A DNA stretch of 14,262 bases from Azolla caroliniana (lineage: Eukaryota > Plantae > Polypodiophyta), in NCBI GenBank assembly GCA_043228905.1, contig JBHGNT010000884.1, forward strand, positions 1 through 14,262, written 5' to 3'. The notes beneath the pieces were generated by a model. It did no database searches. It was not told the origin of the DNA and worked only from the letters and a program-made list of their open reading frames with translations. This document shows positions 6,734 through 14,262 of the stretch, piece by piece; within the stretch, counting starts at the first letter, position 1, and the number at the start of each line of letters is the position of its first letter. The position numbers and the translations under genes are program-made.

Positions 6734-9631
6734 ATGGCACTGTCGGACGGAGCGCGACAATGGCTGACGGAGAACGGATTAGGAGGGCTGCTGCGGGTCG
6801 CTGACGCGCCACCACACAAGGAACTAGAGCAGGCGGCAACAGCGGTGGACTTAGCAGAGGTCACTGAAGGAGCGGTACAAGCGCTCACAGGGATTTCGGA
6901 GGGAGGACTTCAGACGATAGAGCTACCCTCGAGCCAAATATTCTTCGAGTATTTCGGCGAATACTCCCTTAGCAGCAAGGCGTATCGCACACAGGGCGGA
7001 GAGAACCTGCTGTTCGGAGAGGTGGCCCGCGCCCTGATGGAGTACGGGTTCGTGAACCCTCGTCCGGCAGCCATAGCCAAATACCGAGCAGCGATCGTCA
7101 TCGCGACATTCGAAGGCCTGCAGGTGGACTGGCTCCATTTCATCACCGAAGGACTGAAAGAGGCGATCAAGCACTTAGTGGAAGGGAAGAAGCCATGGGC
7201 CGGAATATCCCAATGGTTAACAGTGTTGGTCCCACCGGTGTCCCCCATCAAGCACAAGCAAAGAAGTCGGCAGGAGACTACCCCGAAGCAAACCATGAAG
7301 CGCCGACGAATCCTAGAGAAACACACTCCAGGATGGACGCGGGAAGAAGGATCATCCCGACAGCCGCGGAAAGAAGGCTCATCTCGACAATCGCGGGAAG
7401 AAGACTCATCCCGACAGCAAAGGGAGGAAGGCCCATCATGGCAGCCACAGAAACAGCAACAGCAACCGACAACGAAGAAGAAAAAGGTGGAAAAAGGCAA
7501 GGAGAAGCTGGCAAAGAAGACCAGCAAGAGGCAAACCGACACCGAACCAGTAACGCTCGAATCGGAACCGGTACCAGTAAAGGAACCAATAGTGGCACCG
7601 ACGGAGGACGTTGAAACAGAGGAAGACTCATCCGAACCGATGTTAATACTACCACCCAGGCAAGGAAAGGAGAAACGAGCGACAAGACCGACCCCAACAG
7701 CGGACGGAACTCAGCAACGGGCAAAAGAACCGCCTCCAGTAACCGGAACAGAAGCGACACAGGATGAAGGTCCGTCTGCACCAAAGACGGCAGTACCGGA
7801 ACCGACGGCGGCGGAGTTCGAGGAACAAAGAAAGGAACAAGCGCCGGAACAAGAGAAGAGGCCGGAGAAACAGCCGGAAAAACAGCCGGAGCTAGGCACG
7901 CCTGCTGACACCAACGAAGGCAGAACAAAGGCACAATGGCTAAGGTGGTTGTCAGGGCAGTTGTCGGGAGTAGCAGACCAGATGGAGAAAGAGGAGGAGC
8001 AAAGGGAAGAAGTGACTAGGACGACGACTAAAGATATGGTCAGGCTCCGGGCACAATTACATGAGCTGCAAGAAGAGCTAGCACAGGCAAAAGAAGGCAG
8101 CCGACAAGCACAAGATGGCACCGAGCCGGTCGGGACATCAGAAAAGCAAGCCGAACCAGAAACGGAGAGGGCCTTGCAAACCGGCCCTGAGACCGAGAAG
8201 TTAATAGCAACTTTGAAAGAAGAATTACAGGCTCAGGAGGCATTGAGAGATAACGAAAGAGAACAGCGGAAGTTGGTAGAAGACGACAGACGGCGAATGG
8301 AGGAAGGCCTTCGCCGAAGCAAAGCCACCAATGACCGACTACAAGAAGAAAACGGGACACTGCAAAAGGAAAAAGATAGGCTGCGCCGACGAATGGAGCA
8401 GGAAATTGAGCGGTTGCGAGAGGAACTCCGACAACAAAAGGACCGGGATGATCAGTTGCGAGCTCAGGCGAACCGACGCCTAAAACAGAAGACGGAGGAA
8501 TTCGACAGACTATGTAAGGATTATAAACAGGCCACGTCGGACATCAAGAATCAGGCAGCAACGTACGACCGACAGATAGAGAAGCTGAAAGAGCAGCTCA
8601 AGGAAAACCGCTTGGAATTGTCCAAAGCAAGGGAGGAAGTATCGGCGGAGAAGACCTTGACGTCGGAACAAAGAAAGGAGATGGAAGTACTTCGGCAGAA
8701 AGTAGGGGAGCTGACAAAGAGCAGGAATGAGGAGAAAGTGAAGTTGACTTTCGAAATCAACAAATGGCGGAGTACCTGTGACAAGCAAAAAGTCGACTCT
8801 GAAGCTCAAGCTCAGTTAATGGCCGACATCATCAAACGGATAAGGAAGGAAAAACAAGCAGCTTCGGAACAGGCTAAAGCAGGGGTTGGCCGAATTAAGT
8901 TCATCATGTCAAGTTGGAGTACCCGAGCTCAGGCCAGCATAAATGAAAGCACGGAGAAACTCTGGAAGGAATGGGCACAACAGGCAGCTGAACTGCAGAT
9001 ACTCCGAGCTGATGCAGAAAATCGGAAGAAAAACGGAGATGGGTTCTATAAAATGGACGAAGAAAGTATCGTCAACATCCGGGAAGAACTGTCGGAGGAT
9101 TTCTATGCTCTAGCAGAAGAGCATCTCAAGGAAATCCGAGGGTTAGTAGAGAGGTTGGATGACGGACAGCTCGAAACCCAACTAGAATTGGAAGGGTACG
9201 AGAAGGACCGACTGCGACAGGAAGCCGAGGGACACACAACGCCGATCTCCATTAGTGAGGGCGAGCGACCGGCTGAAGAGGATCCAACCAACAATGCACC
9301 CCGACAAGAATTACCCGAGGAAGAACTTCCGGAGCAAGAGCAGGTTGATGCCGGGGATGATGCAGAGTGGAGACAGCGAAGTACCGAATCCGGGGAGGAA
9401 AGGACACAACCAGTGGAAACCGGAGAGAGCGATACCGGGAACGGAACGGAGGTAGAGCAGGACAGACCCGGACAGGATACAGAAGAAACACCGGTACTAC
9501 CGGTAGAAGCAGAGTCGGAGCAGCAAGATGCGAAAAGGCAGCCAATCCAATCGGAAGTCGGAGACGGCACAGGCAAAACAACACTTGAAACCTCTGAGCG
9601 GAGTTTGCTGGATAATTTGGAGGAAGACTGA
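6734..9631 (+). CDS. Accessory ORF2 (965 aa; frame open from 6482): N-terminal globular domain, disordered repeats, basic NLS-like patch, long coiled coil, acidic tail; function unknown
   Basis: Long stop-free ORF between integrase and the 3' LTR; start chosen at GCGATGGC downstream of the TATA; E/K/R/Q heptad-like region ~7930-9225; KKKK at 7475-7486; no signal peptide or clear transmembrane helix seen. Confidence 0.85.
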   Translation: MALSDGARQWLTENGLGGLLRVADAPPHKELEQAATAVDLAEVTEGAVQALTGISEGGLQTIELPSSQIFFEYFGEYSLSSKAYRTQGGENLLFGEVARALMEYGFVNPRPAAIAKYRAAIVIATFEGLQVDWLHFITEGLKEAIKHLVEGKKPWAGISQWLTVLVPPVSPIKHKQRSRQETTPKQTMKRRRILEKHTPGWTREEGSSRQPRKEGSSRQSREEDSSRQQREEGPSWQPQKQQQQPTTKKKKVEKGKEKLAKKTSKRQTDTEPVTLESEPVPVKEPIVAPTEDVETEEDSSEPMLILPPRQGKEKRATRPTPTADGTQQRAKEPPPVTGTEATQDEGPSAPKTAVPEPTAAEFEEQRKEQAPEQEKRPEKQPEKQPELGTPADTNEGRTKAQWLRWLSGQLSGVADQMEKEEEQREEVTRTTTKDMVRLRAQLHELQEELAQAKEGSRQAQDGTEPVGTSEKQAEPETERALQTGPETEKLIATLKEELQAQEALRDNEREQRKLVEDDRRRMEEGLRRSKATNDRLQEENGTLQKEKDRLRRRMEQEIERLREELRQQKDRDDQLRAQANRRLKQKTEEFDRLCKDYKQATSDIKNQAATYDRQIEKLKEQLKENRLELSKAREEVSAEKTLTSEQRKEMEVLRQKVGELTKSRNEEKVKLTFEINKWRSTCDKQKVDSEAQAQLMADIIKRIRKEKQAASEQAKAGVGRIKFIMSSWSTRAQASINESTEKLWKEWAQQAAELQILRADAENRKKNGDGFYKMDEESIVNIREELSEDFYALAEEHLKEIRGLVERLDDGQLETQLELEGYEKDRLRQEAEGHTTPISISEGERPAEEDPTNNAPRQELPEEELPEQEQVDAGDDAEWRQRSTESGEERTQPVETGESDTGNGTEVEQDRPGQDTEETPVLPVEAESEQQDAKRQPIQSEVGDGTGKTTLETSERSLLDNLEED
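7340..7447 (+). repeat. 4 x 27-bp in-frame repeat in ORF2 (REEGSSRQP-like)
   Basis: Units start at 7340, 7367, 7394 and 7421. Confidence 0.88.
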
Positions 9632-9663
9632 AGCCGGCTGTGGGTTCGAAGTGCAATGCACTT

Positions 9664-9679
9664 TCCCACGGGCGTGCCA
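9664..9679 (-). other. Second, inverted PBS-like site (tRNA-Arg(UCU)-like) at the position normally occupied by the PPT
   Basis: The minus strand reads CAACA-CA-TGGCACGCCCGTGGGA from the 3' LTR start; the plus strand reads as a tRNA 3' end finishing in CCA (9677-9679). Confidence 0.7.
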
Positions 9680-9681
9680 TG

Positions 9682-10051
9682 TGTTGGCCGGTCAGAGAAG
9701 GCAAATGGGAAAGCAAGGTCGGATCGGATAAATATAGAAATAGGAATAGAATTATTAGGAGGGACGGATCCGGTAGTTGTAACCGATCCGGATCCGAACC
9801 GATTCGGTTTCGGTTAACGGTTGCCTATCGAGCACCGATTGTAATCTGGCCGGATGCCTATAAAAGGATCCGATGTTTTGTAATGAAGGGCGAAGAATTA
9901 ATATAGTTTTGCTTATGCTGATTAATCTTGTCTTCGTCTGTGCTTAAGTGTAATTATCATACGCGTGTATTAACATCCTATCCCTACCACCCCTTTGGAG
10001 AAGTGTCGGATAGACACCTGTGTTGCGGCTAGTCCAGCCATACATACAACA
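9682..10051 (+). repeat. 3' LTR of the gypsy element (370 bp, TGTTG...CAACA)
   Basis: 9698-10051 repeats 1-354; start placed at TGTTG (9682) from the 5-bp terminal inverted repeat with CAACA. The start cannot be confirmed against the clipped 5' LTR. Confidence 0.88.
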
Positions 10052-10409
10052 CTCACAACTATTCTGTTCTACTTACAATCTTTGTTTTCCCTAAGTGTAT
10101 TTATACTCATACACTGTATGGGTTATTTACAAACGTAGCCACTACTACTGTCATTCCTATTATAACAATAGTAGTTATTCAGCCGACAGATCAACTAGTC
10201 GATTCGACTAGTTGACTCCAGTGTCGACTGTCTAGTCGGCCTGACTAGTCGTCCTTATCTTCGACCATCCGGTCGGCCCGACTAGTTGGTTGTGTCTTCG
10301 ACTTGGACTCTCCTACTGTCGACTCCCCAAGTCGACTCTCCATGTCTTTGACTATCGGCACTCGGCCCGATCAGTCAACTGCTCCCATAGGAGGGACATA
10401 TTCCTAACA
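10052..10409 (-). repeat. Partial 3' LTR of the copia element (cut by the gypsy insertion)
   Basis: Minus strand AAGGGGGAG-TT-TGTTAGG; TATAAATA on the minus strand at 10098-10105. Confidence 0.8.
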
Positions 10410-10411
10410 AA

Positions 10412-10420
10412 CTCCCCCTT
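10412..10420 (-). other. Polypurine tract of the copia element
   Basis: AAGGGGGAG, 2 nt before the LTR TG and directly after the RNase H C-terminus. Confidence 0.85.
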
Positions 10421-13400
10421 CACTCCTATGGGTGGAGTCGGTCAGTTTTTTCCTCTGTCGACAGACTCTAAGTCTGTCCATCGATAGGTTCTTTGTCAGC
10501 ATGTCAGATCCATTGTTGTTAGTATGGATCTTTACCACGGTAAAATCTTCTTCTTCCACTTGTTATCTCTACTCCGAGATAACACCTTCGATTACTTCTA
10601 AGGTAATCGGGTCAAGGGGTCGTGGTATGTAGTGGTGGACAAGAAACTCGGGATTGCACCGCTAGTTGATTACGAAAACAGTCAGCCACAACCGGCCCTG
10701 TAAATTTTACTTGAAATTAGGATACCAAATCCAAATAACACAGATAGATTCTTGAACAGATTTGACCCACAAAGATAGATGTATTAATAGATTCAGATGC
10801 AAAAGTTACACTACTCACGGCCGGAGTTTTATTCTCATACAATCAAACATATAGCTGTAATCCTCTCTAGACTAGGGTATAACTCTCCCTCTATTCGTCT
10901 TCTCCCCCCTTTCTAGTGATTCTGCTCCTCATTTTATAGCTTCCCTCTTGGTGCACTTCAGTCAATCCTTTCTTCTCGGCCTTCATTCTCGGTTGCACGT
11001 ATTCCATTAGCTTCCTCATTCTCAATTGTCATTTTTCACCTACTTTACCTACTCGTATCCTTAGATTCGTTTCACATTGTATCCTTTTTGTCCCATGGAT
11101 AACACCACTTTCTCCCGCAACCAGTGATACCTTCTTTGTATGTGCTTGGTTCGGGAGTGGTACGCAGAATTCTGCAGTCGTGACTGCCACGACACTACTC
11201 CCCCTTCATAGGTCATCACGTACCCTAAAGTGGATCGGCTTGAGTCTGCATCCCCCGACATGTCTGAGTCGGTAAACCCCTCGAGCATGGGTTTTCCAAC
11301 ACCTTACCTAAGGCACACACCCGAGGTGCCTTTTAAGTACTTGAGTATCCATTTTACAGTTGCACAATGTTCTCTGCCTGGATTACTCATGTATCGGCTT
11401 ACTACTCCCACAGCAAATGCTATGTTTGGCCTCGTACATACCATAGCATACATTAAATTGTCGACGGTTGAGGCATATGATACTTTCTTCATCTCAACCT
11501 TCTATTTCTCTCCTCTTGGGCTTTGCTTGGCATTCAGGTTGCGGTTGGTTGGCAACACAGAGTCGTCTGGCTTTGCATCTAACATGTTAAACCTCACCAA
11601 GATCCTTGTCACATACTTCGCTTGTGACAGACACAACACTTTCTTAGTTCTCTCCCGAACTATGTGCATCCCTAAGATCCGTTTTTCCGGTCCAAGATCT
11701 TTCATGGAAAACGACTTGCCTAATGCTTTCTTCAAGCTCACGATCTTCTTCGTGTCTTGTCCGACTATCAACATGTCATCCACATATAGCAAGAGAATTA
11801 AGAAGTCACCTTCATCGTACCTTTTGACGAACACACAATGATCAACATGTGTTTTCTGGAACCTATGTTCCACCATGAAGGACTCAAACTTCTTGTACCA
11901 TTGGCGTGGAGTTTGATTCAACCCATACAAGCTTTTCTTCAGTCGACACATCGGGCTCTCTTTCCCTTTCTCCACAAACCCCTTGGGTTGCGGCATATAG
12001 ATCTCTTCATCCAGCTCCCCATGCAAGAATGTTGTCTTGACATCCAATTGTTCGATTTCCAAGTCCATACTCGGAACAATGCTCGGAACAGTTCAGATGG
12101 ATGTTATCTTCACGACTGGTGCGAATATTTCATCGAAGTCGACACCTTTTTTCTATTGGAACCCCTTCACCACAATGCAGGCTTTAAATCTGGGTGTGTT
12201 GTCGACTTCTCCAGTCTTCACCTTGTAGACCCATTTGTTTCTAAGCGCTCTTTTACCTTTTTGTAGTTCTACCAGGTCATAGGTGTAGTTCTCATGCAAG
12301 GAGTCCATTTCATCTTGCATCGCGCTCAGTCATTTCTCCTTATGCTCATTAGCTATGGATTCTTCATAGCACTCCGGCTCACCATCATCAGTCAAGAGGA
12401 TGTATTGACTGGCATATGTCATCAATGATCTCCTTTCTCTGAGTGGGTATCTCCTTCCACTCGTTGTCGACTCAAGTTCGGATGTCTCTGTCGACTCTAC
12501 TCTTAGCTCGGATTCATATGTGTCGATCGATCATTGGGGTTTAGTCGATTCCAACTCGTAGTCCTCGATCGACTTCAATAGATCTGCCAACTCTGACTCA
12601 TTTGTATTTGTCGGTTGCTCTAAGTCCATCGACTCGGATTCTGTTGTGCCGACTGGCTATCTCCAAACAACCGACTGTGTCGGTTCACTTCTCCTTAAGT
12701 TGGTAGTAGTGGGAGTAGATTGGGAAGTTGATTCATACTTCTGTTGCTTCTAGTCCTCTATTGTCTTGTCTTCCAAGAAGACTACATCCCGACTCCTCAC
12801 TACCTTCTTGTCGACTAGGTCCCACAGCCTGTAGCCGAACTCGTCCTTCGGGTATCCCATGACTATGCATGGTTTCGACTTACTATCGAGCTTCGACCTC
12901 TGATCCTTAGCCACATGCATATATACTAAACATCCAAACACCCTCAGGTGTCGGTCGGAGACATCTTCTATCAACTCAAGGGTCTTTGGTACAATATATT
13001 TGATTCGAATATCCTGGGCCTTACAGTATTCCTCAAACTGCCCTTTATATTTGCCACCATTGTCGGTTCTGGCAGCCTTCAGTTTCCGACCCGACTCTCG
13101 TTCGGTTCTTTCCTTGAACTCCTTGAACATTGACAGTACCTGATCCTTTGTCGTCTGTACGAAGACCCACGTCTTCCGACTATGGTCATCAATAAATGTC
13201 ACGAAGTATTGTCCACCTCAATGTGATGGAGCATCTACATAGCACACATCTGTGTGCACTAGTTCCAATGCAACCTCTCTTCTTCTTGGTTGACTTGTGT
13301 GGAATGCTACCCTGTTCTGCTTTCCGACTAAGCAGTCGACACACTTCTCCAAGTTTACTCCTTTCTCTTCTAGGAGAAGCTCCTAGTCGGCTAGGATGTG

Positions 13401-13699
13401 CATTCCTTTTTCACTCATGTGGTCAAGCCTCTTATGCCATAACTCTCCACTCGAGTCGGCTGCCACATTCACCTCCGACTTGCATAGCCGGTCATGCATC
13501 ATATACAGTGTGCCTTCTTTATGTGCTCTTACCACTATGAGGTTGCCACAACAGAACTTTCACTTGTCGTTTCGGAAGCTACCATTGTAGCCTTCGTCAT
13601 TCAATCTTCCAGTCGATATCAGATTCAATCTTATATCGGGGACATGTCGACCTTCCCTCAGTATCAATCAACAACCAGTCGATGTTGTCAAGCACAAGC
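10421..13699 (-). pseudogene. pol: Copia pol pseudogene (protease C-terminus, integrase, RT, RNase H)
   Basis: RHVPDIRLNLIS; LWHKRLDHMS; LELVHTDV; TFIDDHSR; RTDNGG; LRVFGC; QLDVKTTFLHG; LKKSLYGL; YVDD (11775-11786); TDSD; HSRTKHI; KIHT..SDMLTK. Contains internal stops, deletions and a solo LTR insertion. Confidence 0.93.
10561..11104 (-). mobile_element. Solo LTR (544 bp) with 5-bp TSD CCACT
   Basis: TGTTATC...GATAACA termini; CCACT at 10556-10560 and 11105-11109; removal restores the RNase H reading WLREKVEEEDF; orientation inferred from TATAAAA on the minus strand at 10932-10938. Confidence 0.92.
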
Positions 13700-14262
13700 T
13701 GTGGTGAAGATTTTCGGCAATAGTGTGAAAATCCCATAAAACGTACAAAATCGAGTATGAATCATGTAATACAATAATTGTGAAGATAACATTTTTAATA
13801 TCTAAGTACAAAATGATGGAGGTTTCGAATGCACTTTATTACACGAGAAATGGACAACTAAATGTCAAGATATGAGGGTATAAAGTTTGTGAAAAGAAAA
13901 GAGAAAATTGTGAGATATCCCACATAGGCACGACAAATACGGCTCTCATCATATATAAGGTGGAGCAAAAGATACTATCTTTGTGTCTATGTGTGGAGCA
14001 TAGAGAGTTCAAGGTAACTTGAACTTAGAGTGGAGGTGGCTAGCTACTCGTAAAGGGTTTTGGCCAACCAAAACCGGACCGGCGATGGAGCCGGTGATCC
14101 GACGGCATCCGACCGCAATCCGGTGGCGGCATGCGGCACCGGTATCCGGTGTCGGCATCCGGCGACGACATCCGGTGTCGGTATCCGGCGTCGGCATCCA
14201 GTGTCGGTATCCGGCGTCGGCATCCGGCGTCGGCATCCGACGTCGGCGGCAGCATCCAGCGT
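13700..14262 (+). mobile_element. Probable further insertion (LTR-like start) interrupting the copia protease; runs off the window
   Basis: Copia homology (LCLTTSTGC) stops at ~13699; the new sequence begins TGTGG, is AT-rich and non-coding, and has TATATAAG at 13952-13959. The other end and TSD are not visible. Confidence 0.5.
14113..14262 (+). repeat. 13-bp GC-rich tandem array, consensus TCGG(C/T)ATCCGG(C/T)G, ~11 copies, truncated by the window end
   Basis: Clear units at 14139, 14152, 14165, 14178, 14191, 14204, 14217 and 14230; degenerate units at 14113, 14126 and after 14243. Confidence 0.9.

Larger units (their letters stand above)
1..10051 (+). mobile_element. Ty3/gypsy LTR retrotransposon, non-chromovirus (Athila/Tat-related, Phygy/Selgy-like), near full length, with an extra 3' ORF
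   Basis: Direct repeat 1-354 = 9698-10051; PBS after the left LTR; domain order gag-PR-RT-RH-IN; no chromodomain after the integrase GPF motif; Tat/Athila-type motifs (IDGGS, FKDVFAWSYEDM, WGLDFVGP). Lineage is inferred from motifs only. Confidence 0.96.
10052..13699 (-). mobile_element. Decayed Ty1/copia LTR retrotransposon (Tnt1/Tork-like), interrupted at both ends and internally
   Basis: Minus-strand order PR-IN-RT-RH, then PPT and a TG-starting LTR; many stops and deletions. Confidence 0.93.

Noticed and set aside
9619-9631. GGAGGAAGA-C-TG as the PPT with the LTR starting at 9629
   Set aside because: It is a short purine run explained by E-E-D codons in a purine-rich ORF, and TGAAG gives only a 2-bp terminal match versus TGTTG/CAACA. 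Kept as the main alternative until the upstream flank is seen.
6734-9631. env gene (endogenous retrovirus) or true SMC/myosin gene
   Set aside because: No signal peptide or clear transmembrane helix, and no Walker or motor motifs; any similarity would be generic coiled coil.
9600-9679. Functional tRNA gene
   Set aside because: No 5' acceptor strand or anticodon arm, a 13-nt insertion in the T-loop, and an encoded CCA; only a tRNA-like 3' half.
355-9716. Many antisense and alternate-frame ORFs (e.g. 2353-3282, 432-1274, 7278-7934)
   Set aside because: Shadow ORFs of GC-rich, purine-biased coding sequence; S/L/F/V-rich with no motifs.
9629-9817. Stop-codon readthrough of ORF2 stimulated by the downstream hairpin
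   Set aside because: The extension runs into the LTR with no recognisable motif, and the hairpin is better explained by the tRNA-like site.
10561-11104. MITE/DNA transposon interpretation of the 544-bp insert
   Set aside because: TG...CA ends, a short 7-bp IR, a 5-bp TSD and an internal TATA box fit a solo LTR better.
14009-14255. Short minus-strand ORFs, or a CRISPR-like array
   Set aside because: They are translations of a 13-bp head-to-tail repeat with no spacers, in a eukaryotic TE context.

Overview
Eukaryotic (plant-type) nest of LTR retrotransposons with no host genes. Positions 1-10051 hold a very young, apparently intact non-chromovirus Ty3/gypsy element on the + strand. It has identical LTRs (the 5' copy is clipped by the window start), a single gag-PR-RT-RH-IN ORF, and a second ~965-aa sense ORF with its own candidate promoter. 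Most notably, it has no polypurine tract before the best-supported 3' LTR start. That position is occupied by a tRNA-like 3' half ending in CCA, which reads as a second, oppositely oriented tRNA primer-binding site. The element is inserted into the 3' LTR of a decayed Tnt1/Tork-like Ty1/copia element on the - strand (10052-13699). That copia also carries a 544-bp solo LTR with a 5-bp TSD in its RNase H region and is interrupted at ~13700 by another probable insertion containing a 13-bp tandem array. All comparisons were made by eye, and tRNA and family assignments are from recall and need database confirmation.
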